A DNA stretch of 63,790 nt, the filler included, from Octopus bimaculoides (Eukaryota): assembly GCF_001194135.2 (NCBI RefSeq). It is 7 parts of 7 records of this genome, joined end to end, with 100 filler letters (N's around TTAATTAATTAA, not from the genome) between each part and the next. Parts side by side here need not be neighbours in the genome. Positions count along the whole stretch, not along the records: positions 12,115 to 21,500 come from NC_068987.1; positions 21,601 to 40,011 come from NC_068985.1; 5 more parts are not named here. One strand, given 5' to 3'. The notes beneath the pieces were generated by a model. It had not been told where the DNA came from and ran no database searches. It saw only the letters and a list, made by a program, of their open reading frames with translations. Both the position numbers and the translations under genes were made by a program. This document shows, piece after piece, positions 12,200 to 25,264 of this stretch. Position 1 is the stretch's first letter. Each line of letters starts with the position of its first letter.

Positions 12200-14394
12200 T
12201 TATGTATGTTTAAACACAAACACACGTTTATTTGTGTGCCTTTGTCTGCATGCGTGTGTGCGTGTATGGGTGTATATGTATTAACATACATAGCAATCGC
12301 TGGACATCAGCATAGTATATTACTGAAATAGTATATTGAAGAGATGTCAGTGACAGCATATATCTATGAGGAATTTCCTGAGGTTTGCCGAAATTTGAGT
12401 CGTACCTCAAATGCTGAAACCTATTGCCCAAAAACTGCCCGTCGATGAAATTCCCTGTAGTGCAAATTCCATAGATAAACACACACACATATATATATTT
12501 CCCTGTTTTTATTTACAATCTAACAAATGCTGAACATATGATTTCTTAAATGTCGCATATTCGTAGTCTTCTCCAACAGCCCAAACCAATTATTGCTGTG
12601 TCTTTGTGTCGAGAAGTCTTCCTTTGTACTGTCGTATTGAAAATGCCTTTTGAACGTGTGCGCAACCTAATCTCCGGTATCGTTATCCTTGATAAAATTA
12701 CGCTTTCCTTACAGTACAAAAGATTTAAAACAAAATCTGCTTTTGTTAGTCAAGTTAAGCATCATTGCTGCACAGCAACAAAACATGTTGTAATCCTAGG
12801 TTGGCATTGAAAATATTATTATTCTCTGTTGTTCATATTTACTCTAACTTNNNNNNNNNNNNNNNNNNNNNNNNNNNNNNNNNNNNNNNNNNNNNNNNNN
12901 NNNNNNNNNNNNNNNNNNNNNNNNNNNNNNNNNNNNNNNNNNNNNNNNNNNNNNNNNNNNNNNNNNNNNNNNNNNNNNNNNNNNNNNNNNNNNNNNNNNN
13001 NNNNNNNNNNNNNNNNNNNNNNNNNNNNNNNNNNNNNNNNNNNNNNNNNNNNNNNNNNNNNNNNNNNNNNNNNNNNNNNNNNNNNNNNNNNNNNNNNNNN
13101 NNNNNNNNNNNNNNNNNNNNNNNNNNNNNNNNNNNNNNNNNNNNNNNNNNNNNNNNNNNNNNNNNNNNNNNNNNNNNNNNNNNNNNNNNNNNNNNNNNNN
13201 NNNNNNNNNNNNNNNNNNNNNNNNNNNNNNNNNNNNNNNNNNNNNNNNNNNNNNNNNNNNNNNNNNNNNNNNNNNNNNNNNNNNNNNNNNNNNNNNNNNN
13301 NNNNNNNNNNNNNNNNNNNNNNNNNNNNNNNNNNNNNNNNNNNNNNNNNNNNNNNNNNNNNNNNNNNNNNNNNNNNNNNNNNNNNNNNNNNNNNNNNNNN
13401 NNNNNNNNNNNNNNNNNNNNNNNNNNNNNNNNNNNNNNNNNNNNNNNNNNNNNNNNNNNNNNNNNNNNNNNNNNNNNNNNNNNNNNNNNNNNNNNNNNNN
13501 NNNNNNNNNNNNNNNNNNNNNNNNNNNNNNNNNNNNNNNNNNNNNNNNNNNNNNNNNNNNNNNNNNNNNNNNNNNNNNNNNNNNNNNNNNNNTATATATA
13601 TATATATATATATATATCGTCTACTTCCGGTATTGGTATATATATTATAATCTGATTGGTATTATACGTGATTTGTTTTGAAACCAATGTAATCTTATTT
13701 ACGTCTAATACACTATAGAGCTTATAGCGGAACGGTGGGCAAATTAAGTGCTAGCTAATAGATGAAAATTAAATTATCTGCATATAAACATGAGATTACT
13801 CATACATATCGTGATTTATTATATATGTTTTTTTACGTTATCAAAGTATGTTGTATTTCGTTAACTTTCTTTATAGAAGTATTTGTACAAGAGTTATAAA
13901 ATTTATGATGTTTATAGAGAATGAAAAATAAAAATTCGGAAATGTAATTGACGTTATATTATTTAAACGTTTATGAACTTTCGCAGGAACACTCTGAATA
14001 CGTAAGATTTAAACATTTTCTGGGTATTTGAGGTTATCTTATTGCAATATCCAAGTGTATTGTTTCAAAGCATGATTGAAAGATACATAGAACATTTGCA
14101 GAACTTATTTCCTATTTTTCAGCAAATGTTTCGTTTCCTTAAAATGATGGCAGCAACATCCTAATTCCTATTTTTTTAAAGAGGTATGGCTATTTGCGTG
14201 TTATCGAATTTACATTTACAATGTTCACCCAAATTCTGTAAACATCACAATGATTTCAATACACGCAGAAATATAACAGATTGATATGCATTGCACATTG
14301 CGTTTACTTCATTTCATCGTTCATAAGGGAATTTGAAGAATATGTCAAGTGAAAACTTGATATAAATTCTGGTCGCAACATTTTTCTGTATATA

Positions 14395-14841
14395 AGACGG
14401 TGAGCTGGTAGAAACGTTAGCACGCCAGGTGAAATGCTTAGCAATATTTTGTCTGTCTCTACGTTCTGAGCTCAAATTCCACCGAGGTCGACTTTGATTT
14501 CATCCTTTCGGGGTCGATAAATTAAGGACCATTTGCGTACCGGGGTCGATCTAATTGATTCACCCACCTCCCCCAAAATTTAGGTACTAGTTCCCAGAGT
14601 AGAAAAGAATAATTGCAATGAATTTTAGACGGCGAGCTAGCAGAAACGTTAGCACACCGGGTGAAATGCTTAGTGGTGTTTCGTATGTCTTTACGTTCTG
14701 AGTTCAAATTCCACAGAGACCGACTTTGCCTTTCATTTGTCCAGGATCAATAAATTAAGTACCAGTTGCATACTGGGGTCAATCTAAACGACTGGCCCTC
14801 TCCCACAAAATTTCGAGCCTTGTGCCTGTAGTAGAAAAGAA
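14395..14841 (+). mobile_element. Two family-A SINEs in tandem (14395-14610 and 14627-14841)
   Basis: Both start agacgg(t/c)gagct and end gtagaaaagaat. Confidence 0.85.
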
Positions 14842-16198
14842 TATTTTTCTATAAAAAAATGCAGAACACTAAATATAAGGAATATTTATTAGTTGAAATA
14901 TTATATTCACATATGACTAGTAGATAAAATAAATATCTATGACCAGGGAGTGCGTGATATTGTTCACAGATTAAAGAACAGACTGGCAAATACAATTACT
15001 AAAGAAAATTAAAATTCAGAATTTCGGAAATATTTAGAAAATTGAAAATTTTTGTTTTCGTTCAAAGTTCACTTGAAAATTTCACAATAACATGAATATA
15101 AATAATTCAATATTCATTGTTGCTTATATGCAAAATCACATTGTTTCCAATCACTGATCGAGACGAACTACAGACACGAACTAACGTTCGAATTTAAGAA
15201 AATACAAAACTTAATCTACACTGTCTATAACCAATTAACCAGAATAGTGATTCCTCTAATCAAATAATTTATTTACCCATATACACACAACTGGCGCCAT
15301 TGGTATTGAAGAAACCAATGATTCATAGCCAATTTAATAATGTTGTTAACTTGCAATAAATTCTAATGACACCCTTGTTTTTCTCTTAAATTGTGCCATA
15401 TAATATTTCTACTAACAATGACAACGATGTTTCAAACTACAGTTGGGTCGAATGTTTTCAAATATTCATTCAAAATTTATACAGGAGATAGCTTACCTGA
15501 GCCTATATCTATTTACCCATCGATTTGAAACACCCACATCTGCGGAGCTGTCCATCTGAATTAACCTATAGATCATTATGTCTTCTTCCAACTTATTGTC
15601 ATAAGGATCACTATTGATGTGCGTCTTCCCAAATCGGCATACATACAAAGAAAATTTATACAAAGAAAGTCTGCTAACGAGCATTCAATTAACCGATTCT
15701 AAAAAAATGAATCATTAGTTATACACAAAAAGCACAAATATTTTATTTTTAAGTTTTGACAAAGCCATTTATGTTTTGAATGTAGAACCAAATCCGCGTT
15801 GTATGTACGTATGTATGTATGTATATGTATATTTGGATGTATATATATATANNNNNNNNNNNNNNNNNNNNNNNNNNNNNNNNNNNNNNNNNNNNNNNNN
15901 NNNNNNNNNNNNNNNNNNNNNNNNNNNNNNNNNNNNNNNNNNNNNNNNNNNNNNNNNNNNNNNNNNNNNNNNNNNNNNNNNNNNNNNNNNNNNNNNNNNN
16001 NNNNNNNNNNNNNNNNNNNNNNNNNNNNNNNNNNNNNNNNNNNNNNNNNNNNNNNNNNNNNNNNNNNNNNNNNNNNNNNNNNNNNNNNNNNNNNNNNNNN
16101 NNNNNNNNNNNNNNNNNNNNNNNNNNNNNNNNNNNNNNNNNNNNNNNNNNNNNNNNNNNNNNNNNNNNNNTGTGTGTGTGTGTGTGTGTGTGTGTGTT

Positions 16199-16233
<35 letters not shown>

Positions 16234-17219
16234 GTGTGTGTAGAAAGTTGAAAAGGAATAAACGAATTGATATGTATAAGGAAAATAAGACAAGGTAGAA
16301 AGTGCTAAAATAATTTTATCATGAAAATCATTTTCGTACCGGTTTCAGTCTGCGATTTGTTCAACTTAGATGAAAACATGAAATAAGTGTGGAAAAATTA
16401 AATGAAATCTGTTTAAAAAATATTAACATAGTTTTTAAATAGAGACAGCGCAATGTGAGGACTGTATGGTGCGTGAGGCAATACATTTTCATATTTACGG
16501 AGGTATTATGTGATCTTACATTATCGTGTAAGTGTAACACTAATGTTTATGTAATTCCTATTGACAATATTAATCCGCATTAAATATTTGGTTTTTACTT
16601 AAAACTGAATGACATTTGTGATGATTCTACCTAGAAATGTTTGAGTAGAAATTTAGAAGTAAATGACATCACTTTGATAAAGCTAAGAAGAAATCCCCTG
16701 AAGTGGACCACACTGATCAAGTTTAAGAACTTTCTCTCATTCTTGAAGATATTTTATAATCGAAGAGTGACTTGATTTTAACGCCTTTGCTAATTCTCAT
16801 GTGGATTGTTTTGATTTTTCTGAACTGGAGTTTGTAGAAGCACAATAATGACGGTGTTTCATCCCCCAGAGTGTGTTGAATATTGGAATGAAATAATTCC
16901 TCAACGAAAAGGGTGAAAACTTTGTTGTCATATCTGGATCCTTAAATATTCCTTCTCGTATACCGAAAGAATATTTCTTGCTTCTGGCCCTTTCTTTGTT
17001 CACAGAAAATACAGTGTGTGATATTGGTCTGATGTATATTCACTTTACAAGGATAAAATCAATACAATTTTAATACCCAACATATAGAATTATCTGCAAA
17101 GAATAAAATAAAAAAAACATTAGTACATATAAATTAATAATAAATTAATACTTTTAGCGTACCTTTCGAGAAAGGACCCTCAAAGTGGCCATACCTAAAA
17201 TGCAGCAGAACATTTTTTT

Positions 17220-17292
17220 CCAAACTAATTATATATTCCAACCTAATTATATATTCCAAACTAATTATATATTTCCAAATTAATTATATATA
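17220..17292. repeat. 18-bp minisatellite, 4 units
   Basis: Unit ccaaactaattatatatt with single-base variants. Confidence 0.85.
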
Positions 17293-17831
17293 ATTTAGTT
17301 GAGATTACATAATTTAATAACAGATGCAATTACTACAATAGGGGAAACGTTAGGTTTGAGAATCAACCAAAAATGGACTTAATCCTATAAATACAATTAA
17401 TTTACCCAAACTGATGTAACATCTAGTAGAAACAGTCCTGAATATTATAACTACCTTCGCTGAATTCGCAACAAAAAGATTAATGAATACAAAACGATGT
17501 GAATGAATTATTTTTGTACACGATTTCGAAAGCGTAAATTATGAGGGTCATTTTAGACACACAATAAATTCACTACACCCTAGAATAACCTTAAATACTG
17601 ATCCCTTATAGTGAGAACACTCACTGTGAGGAATCATGTTGTCATACTGTATACTTAAATGCGAAAAACTGTATTATTATTGTATTATTAATGAATCTTG
17701 GAGGGATGCTTATGAACAAAGGAGTAACACTCCAAAATTTGTGGCACAATGATGAGTTACTGCTAGAAGGAATAATAATAACGGACTATACTCGTTCTTG
17801 TAATATAATATAAGCGAGCTTGTTATGTAAT

Positions 17832-18415
17832 AAGGCGGTGAGCTGGCAGAAACGTCAGCATGTCGGGTGAAATGCTTAATGGTATTTCGTCTGTCTACGG
17901 CCATATCACTTTGAAAACACCGGTTCTCGTCCGATCACCGAAGTTAAGCAAAGTCGAGCCTACTTAGTACTTAGATGGGTGACCGCTTGGGAAACCTAGG
18001 TGCTGTAAACATAAAAAAAAGGCGGCGAGCTGGCAGAATCGTTAGCACGCCGGGCGAAATGCTTAGTGGTATTTCGTCTGCCGTTACGGTGAGTTCAAAT
18101 TCCGCCGAGGTCGACTTTGCCTTTCATCCTTTCGGGGTCGATAAATTAAGTACCAGTTACGCACTGGGGTCGATGTAATCGACTTAATCCGTTCGTCTGT
18201 TCTTGTTTGTTCCCTCTATGTTTAGCCCCTTGTGGGCAATAACAAAATAGGTATTTCGTTTGTCTTTCCGTTCTGAGTTTAAATTCCGCCATGGTCGACT
18301 TTGCCTTCCATCCTGTCTGGGTTGATAGATTAAGTACCAGTCGCGTACTGGGGTCGTTCTAATCGACTGGCCCCCTCGCCCAATATTCGGACATTGTGCC
18401 TAGAGTAGAAAAGAA
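17832..18415 (+). mobile_element. Family-A SINE split by an insertion (5' part 17832-17896, 3' part 18250-18415); a second family-A SINE at 18019-18247 lies inside it
   Basis: The two halves join into a complete SINE; junction 16-mer ggtatttcgtYtgtct is duplicated. Confidence 0.75.
17893..18011 (+). rRNA. 5S: 5S rRNA, full-length copy; probably retroposed (no T-run terminator, A-rich tail)
   Basis: gtctacggccatatcactttgaaaacaccggttctcgtccgatcaccgaagttaagc...ttagtactt...gggtgaccgcttgggaa...gtgctgtaaac matches the mollusc-type 5S consensus and length (119 nt). Confidence 0.92.
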
Positions 18416-19002
18416 AGCAATATAATACACATTTTTAGATATACTTTTCATTTATTTAATAGATGATGTCAGATGTAACTAGGTGCTTACATGTAAGTAT
18501 ATCTTAACTTAGTTTAAGCATGTCTATTATCACCAAGTCTATGGTAACTAGCCCTAATATATTTATCACATCCAACGTATAAATGCTGGCCATTAATGTG
18601 ACATATATTTCTAAGAATTGCATCATTAGTAGATAATACTTTCACCGAAAATGCATATCCAAAATTATCGTTCCTACCTTTTTCCCTATAAGCGTAGCAG
18701 AAGTGGCTGCCTGTGTGTTCTTTTGTGTAAGAGCAATGGTTGTTTGATCTATGAAAACGGCTTATTTCAATATGTCTGTATCCAAATACTAATCTCTTTT
18801 CGTCACTGGATACGTGTTATTTTCTCTAATCCTACGAATACGAGTATCACAGTAGGGAGCATTTTGTGTTCATGATCGTTGTGCTCTTGTTACCGAAGGC
18901 TAGACGGCATTTCGATAATACGGCGCACGTCGAGATTGCCAAACCAATAATCTATGTGTAGAATATGACATAGATTATCAGAGAACTTAAGCTAATTCGA
19001 GA

Positions 19003-19060
<58 letters not shown>

Positions 19061-19433
19061 GTATGAGAAAGTTGGTATGTGAAAGCACGTGGTTGGATGT
19101 ATAAAAGATAAACAAGAGTGAATAAACTACAGAAGGCTTGTGTTATATGGTTAAAGTATATATTTAAATTGTTATGTTAGAAAAATGTTATAAAATTTTG
19201 AGTATAGAAACATTGTTTTTGGAGAAATAAACGGTTTGGTATTTTCTTTTCAAATTTCTCTCCAGAAATCCATATTTTACACCATAGCGAAGACATGTTA
19301 CGATACAGGTAGAGAAATTTGAAAAGAAAATACNNNNNNNNNNNNNNNNNNNNNNNNNNNNNNNNNNNNNNNNNNNNNNNNNNNNNNNNNNNNNNNNNNN
19401 NNNNNNNNNNNNNNNNNNNNNNNNNNNNNNNNN

Positions 19434-19468
<35 letters not shown>

Positions 19469-20800
19469 ACACACATGCTGCTTTGTTACATTTATGTCAT
19501 GGGTATTGGCACCATTTTAAGAGCAAGGAGTCTAAATCAGTTAGAACATTAACAAATAGACGGTAGAAGGGAAAATATGACTAAGAAGAGAACAACAGAA
19601 ACCTGATGTACTACGGCGGGCGAATGAATGTCTGTAGCTATTTTTACTCAAAACGAGAAGAGTCGGAATGTTTAAGAATGCTTGAGTAGGAAATTATAAG
19701 AAACCAGGCTCTCCACCAAATACAGGTCACTGCATAAGCGGTAGAAAACACACACACACATATACACTCATACATACATACGTACATACATACATAATAC
19801 ATACATACATAATACATACATACATAATACATACATACATAATACATACATACATACATAATACATACATACATAATACATACATACATACATACATACA
19901 TACATACATACATACATACATACACGGTCATTAAGAATGAAATGTCCGATTTTTTTAACTGAAAGTTTATTTTACTTTGTTTCAACGAAAACCAATGCAG
20001 TTAATCAAAGTATGCACCTAAATTATGAATACAATTTTACTATTTTATCTGATAGAATAAGTACTATGTCTTGCAACGAATAAATCTTGTGGTCGATTTT
20101 TTCGACCAAAGACGGTGCTCCTGCATGGCCGCAGTCATATGAATGAAACAAGTAAAATAATAACTTTAATCCCAAACAAGAACGCGTATCACTGCTAATT
20201 ATTATTATTATTAATTATGAGTTGTACTTGTATTTCAAAGGGCCAGCCATGTCACCTCAGCCACTTGCACGTTAATTTCACGAGCAGGCTGTTCCGCTGA
20301 TCGGATCAATTGGGACCCTCGACGTCGTAAGCGACGGAGTGCCAACAATTATATGTATCAGCATCCAAGTTTTATCTTTCAGTCTTGATGAAATAAACAT
20401 GACCAGTACGATACTTTACAAAATGAGTAATTATACCATGTAATTGTAACGTCCTTTTCTATCTTTCTATTTCTTTTTGCCTACTGACGAGTAATTTTGA
20501 CTACCCAGATTGTTAAAAATGAATTTCTTGTCTCTCAGTATGAAACAATTGTATAGCTACATAAATATTTTTTTTCCATATTAACTTTACGTAATTATGA
20601 TTCAATCTGTTGAACTCTCTTTAATAGGTTAAGTCATAAACTTAATATAGATATTGACTATTTTAATCTACAGTAATTTACACTATTAAGTTCAAAAGTA
20701 AGATAAGAAGCAACAATGTTAGATATCCTTTGAAAATTTCTCTAATAAAAGGACGAATTCACATTTTTTTTCAATATATGTGTATATGTATATATTAACT

Positions 20801-20851
<51 letters not shown>

Positions 20852-21203
20852 NNNNNNNNNNNNNNNNNNNNNNNNNNNNNNNNNNNNNNNNNNNNNNNNN
20901 NNNNNNNNNNNNNNNNNNNNNNNNNNNNNNNNNNNNNNNNNNNNNNNNNNNNNNNNNNNNNNNNNNNNNNNNNNNNNNNNNNNNNNNNNNNNNNNNNNNN
21001 NNNNNNNNNNNNNNNNNNNNNNNNNNNNNNNNNNNNNNNNNNNNNNNNNNNNNNNNNNNNNNNNNNNNNNNNNNNNNNNNNNNNNNNNNNNNNNNNNNNN
21101 NNNNNNNNNNNNNNNNNNNNNNNNNNNNNNNNNNNNNNNNNNNNNNNNNNNNNNNNNNNNNNNNNNNNNNNNNNNNNNNNNNNNNNNNNNNNNNNNNNNN
21201 NNN

Positions 21204-21234
<31 letters not shown>

Positions 21235-21464
21235 TATAGCGAGAGAGGCAGATAAATAGATCGATCAATGGATGAATAGATACATATATAGAGAGAGATA
21301 GATATAGATATGAAAGGAAGGACTGAAATATATGGTATTACTTTTAATTCTAGAGTTACATTTATTTCAATAGAACATGAGAAATACATTTCATGAGCAT
21401 AAATATTTATATCGATAATATGAATATAATTCATAATGGGATAATGTATACGTGTACACCCAAC

Positions 21465-21500
<36 letters not shown>

Positions 21501-21606
21501 NNNNNNNNNNNNNNNNNNNNNNNNNNNNNNNNNNNNNNNNNNNNTTAATTAATTAANNNNNNNNNNNNNNNNNNNNNNNNNNNNNNNNNNNNNNNNNNNN
21601 CAGCTG

Positions 21607-21678
21607 TCCTCGGTAGTATAGTGGTAAGTATCCCCGCCTGTCACGCGGGAGACCGGGGTTCGATTCCCCGCCGGGGAG
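21607..21678 (+). tRNA. trnD-GUC: tRNA-Asp (GTC), copy 1
   Basis: Acceptor stem TCCTCGG/CCGGGGA, anticodon loop CTGTCAC, T-loop GGTTCGATTCC, downstream T5. Confidence 0.97.
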
Positions 21679-21764
21679 GCATATTATTTTTATCACAAGC
21701 ATTTTAAACTAAAGCTGTTTAATGTATTTATTTACTATTTATAAGTAAAGAACTTTATCAGCTG

Positions 21765-21836
21765 TCCTCGGTAGTATAGTGGTAAGTATCCCCGCCTGTC
21801 ACGCGGGAGACCGGGGTTCGATTCCCCGCCGGGGAG
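21765..21836 (+). tRNA. trnD-GUC: tRNA-Asp (GTC), copy 2, identical to copy 1
   Basis: Identical 72-nt sequence 158 bp downstream, followed by T5. Confidence 0.97.
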
Positions 21837-21900
21837 GCATATTTTTATCACAAGCATTTTAAACTAAAGCTTTTTAATGTATTTATTTAGTATTTATAAC

Positions 21901-22270
21901 TCTTTTACTTGTTTCAGTTATTTGACTGTGGCCATGCTGGAGCACCGCCTTTAGTCAAGCAAATCGACCCCTGACTTATTCTTTGGATGCCTAGTACTTA
22001 TTCTATCTGTCTGTTTTGCCGAACCGCTAAGTTACGGTGACGTAAACACACCACCATCGGTTGTCAATCGATGTTGGGGGGGTCAAACACAGACAGACAA
22101 ACATATACATATATATGACGGGCTTCTTTCAGTTTCCGTCTACCAAATCCACTCACAAGGCTTTGGTCGGCCTGAGGCTATAGTAGAAGACACTTGCCCA
22201 AGGTGCCACACAGTGGGAATGAACCCGGAACCATGTGGTTGGTAAGCAAGCTACTTACCACACAGCCACT
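21901..22270 (-). mobile_element. Composite tRNA-headed SINE (head + central TA/CA tract + body), inserted in the tRNA-array spacer
   Basis: Minus strand starts gagtggctgtgtggtaagtagcttgc...gggttca; homologous to 22735-23108, 51830-52250 and 54990-55850. Confidence 0.85.
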
Positions 22271-22305
22271 CTTTCGCCTATGTAAGTAAAGATTTTTATC
22301 AGCTG

Positions 22306-22331
22306 TCCTCGCTAGCATAGTGGTAGGTATC
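22306..22331 (+). pseudogene. Truncated, decayed third tRNA-Asp unit
   Basis: Same leader aagtaaaga..ttatcagctg, then tcctcgctagcatagtggtaggtatc, then unrelated sequence. Confidence 0.75.
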
Positions 22332-22734
22332 GTTGTTGAAATAACTCTCGTTTTGCAATCTTTGCTTACTTTTATAAAACATTTCTATGATCAAGAGTAT
22401 GCCCACAGTGACTATATTTCCAGTAACAAATAAAAAAAAATCAGTTTTTCAACATGTGTCTCAAAGGTCCAGGTACTTCTGATGGTTAGACACAACATAT
22501 GGCAGCACCAGTGCTCCAGAATCCTGTGCACCAATGAGCCGGGTGTGTTGGACACACAGCTGTTGTAAAAGAGAGAAGTTATTCTCCTATGACGTACATT
22601 ACGGTGACCAGTATCTTCTGGGTTTGAACCAGTCCAGACAAACTAAGAAAAAATAGTGAAATGTAATAAATGGCAGGCTTGGGAAGTATGTAATACTGTC
22701 AAGAAGTTCCTGGACTAGTTCTGCAACACACCAG

Positions 22735-23108
22735 CATAGGCACAGGTGGTAAGAAGCTTGCTTACCAACCACATGGTTCTGGGTTCAGTCCCACTGCATG
22801 GCACCTTGGGCAAGTCTCTTCTACTATAGCCTCGGGCTGACCAAAGCCTTGTGAGTGGATTTAGGTCGACAGAAACTGAAACAAGCCCGTTGTATATATA
22901 TATATATGTATATATGTATGTTTGCCCCAACATCATTGCTTGACAACCGATGTTGGTGTGTTTACGACCCCGTAACTTAGTGGCTTGGCAAAAGAAACTG
23001 ATAGAATAAGTACTAGGCTTACAAAGAATAAGTACTGGGGTCAATTTATTCGGCTGGAGGCACTGCTCCAGCATGGCCGCAGTCAAATGATTAAAACTAG
23101 TAAAAGAG
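22735..23108 (+). mobile_element. Composite tRNA-headed SINE
   Basis: Head with B box gggttcagtccc, (TA)n centre, body ending gtaaaagag. Confidence 0.85.
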
Positions 23109-23532
23109 TAAATATAATTATTTAAAGTTTCATATATAGCTAGAATGTTGAGAAGTTCGTTTTGCTATTGCATGGTTGCAAGTTCAATCCTGTTGTGCAG
23201 TTAATTTTTTTCATGAGCCCTATCTGTTATATCGTTGAGCTGACCAAGGCCTTGAAAATCTAATTTATTCGACAAATCTGTGCAAAAGCTTGTGCTATAT
23301 GTATATTTTAATCATATAAGAGGGTCTGCCAGGCTGCAAATATGCTAAAGAAAAGGAAGACAACCTAGAGAATGAGAGGCATCCATTCATGCTTGGTGAG
23401 GAGGAAGTTCCTAGAAATGTTTTCCTTGTGCTTGTGAGTGTAGAACAAGTTATTGGATAAGGCAAATTCCATGAACTGGAAGGAGGGCCACAGTGAAATG
23501 TAATAAATGGCAAGCTGCAGGCTTGGGAAGTA

Positions 23533-24426
23533 TGAGGTGGTATTAAAAAGTTCCTGGGTTAGTTCTGTAGTGCATCAACAGCTGGTAGTACATGATTGTG
23601 CATGCAGTAACCTTCATGAGGCAATGTGTGGAGTAACATCATTGTGTTTACTCTGCAAGTTGTGAAATTTGTGATTTTGTAATCACATGTATGCTGTAGT
23701 CTGTGATTTTTGTCTTGGATAGGAAGTTGTAACAAAAAGCCAACGAGAAAGTCTGCTACAAAGAGAGATTATGTGTACTTCAGCAAGCTTACAGCAATGA
23801 GGCAATGGGCCGTATGCAATGGTTTGAGTGCCATGGGCACTTCAAAAGCAGAAGAACATCCCTGGAAGATGATGACCGATCTGGAAGACCTACTATGTGT
23901 GTCACCCTTGGAAATGTGGTGTTGTGTATTGAGAATTCATCTCCCAGGGCCAGACCATCGGTGGAGAGTTCTGCTGCAATGTTTTGAAGCATCTGAAGGA
24001 GGACATTTAGCGAAAGCGATCAGATCTGTGGAGCACGAAAAATTTGGTTCTTCATGACAACAATGCATGCTCACCAAGCTCATCTCACTTGTAAGTTTCT
24101 CACCAAAAATATCATGGTATTGCTTTCACACCTGCCCTCTTCACCAGATTTGGCACCTGCAGACTTCCATCTCTTCCCCAAGATGAAAATACAGCTCAAA
24201 GGTTGCCGTTTTAACACTGTTGTTGGTATCCGGAATGAATCACAAAAGGTCCTTCCTTGCTCACAGAAAACAACTTCCAGGTAGGATTCCAAAAGTGACA
24301 GGAATGCTGAGATTGGTGTATTGCTGTGCAAGGTGACTATTTTGAAGGAGATAATGCTAAAACTAAGGTAAATAAGTTATATTTTATTAAACATAACTAG
24401 TCCTGTAGTTTTTTGACATCACCTCA
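23533..24426 (+). mobile_element. Internally deleted mariner transposon relic with both TIRs
   Basis: TA|tgaggtg ... cacctca|TA ends; peptides AYSNEAMGRMQWFE...SLEDDDRSGRP and SSPDLAPADFHLFPKMKIQLKG. Confidence 0.85.
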
Positions 24427-24712
24427 TATTTGGTATTGCAAATGTTTAATAGTTGTTCACAGAAGTGATCAAAAAGATGACAGCCAGATTCAATAAATCT
24501 ATGGCCAACATAGAAAAAACACACAGAAATAATAAAAGAATAATACATTTATTTCACTTGTTTTATAAGATATTAACACCATCCTTCTGCTTCTTTCCTC
24601 ATGATTAAAATGTATAGTTAGTTGATGTTCTCATCTTCACCAATGTCATTGCTGAATTTTCTTTTGGAACATCTCTTGTAGGTAAATGCGTATTGGTAAA
24701 TGTTGAGTTGAA

Positions 24713-24822
24713 TCAAAATTTGAAATGTTTAGAACATTTTATTTTGAAAACAGTTGAGTTTTTCAATGAAGGATTTGTAACTGTGTACTGAACTGATCCA
24801 CCAAAATTATGACAGGCTGCAC
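24713..24822 (-). CDS. AGA: Aspartylglucosaminidase exon 8 (last coding exon)
   Basis: ctccag| (G)AACHNFGGSVQYTVTNPSLKNSTVFKIKCSKHFKF*; AATAAA on minus at 24548-24553. Confidence 0.85.
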
Positions 24823-25264
24823 CTGGAGGGAGAAATAAGAAAAGCAAACAATTTTTTGAGGACTTTCTGGCAATGATTTAATACTTGTAAATGTTTGTTG
24901 CATAATAGGTTATTGGTTGGCATTCCCAGATTTCACACAGGTATCCCAAGTTTGTTTCCGAACAAAACAATAAATATTTAAGGACACAGAGATTTTAAAA
25001 ATTACTGGCTGAGTCTGGAGGAAGGAGCAAGTATGCATGGCTTTTGTAGGCTCTCCTTGACCAGTGGGAATGATGCCATTAATGTTCCCCTTGAAGATTT
25101 GTAAATCAACACCTACAGAGTTGGTTATGGATGGTTCTGGCAGTAGAGATAGAAGGAAAAAAAGGACTAGGGGTTAACTTTAGTTCAAAAATGATCTGTG
25201 AACATTGAGCCTTAAATGACTTGACTGAAAGACACAATAAATGTTGAGCTGCACCTATATCAAC

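Noticed and set aside
17220-17292. CRISPR-like regular repeat
   Set aside because: Head-to-tail minisatellite with no spacers; no CRISPR array or cas gene anywhere in the window.
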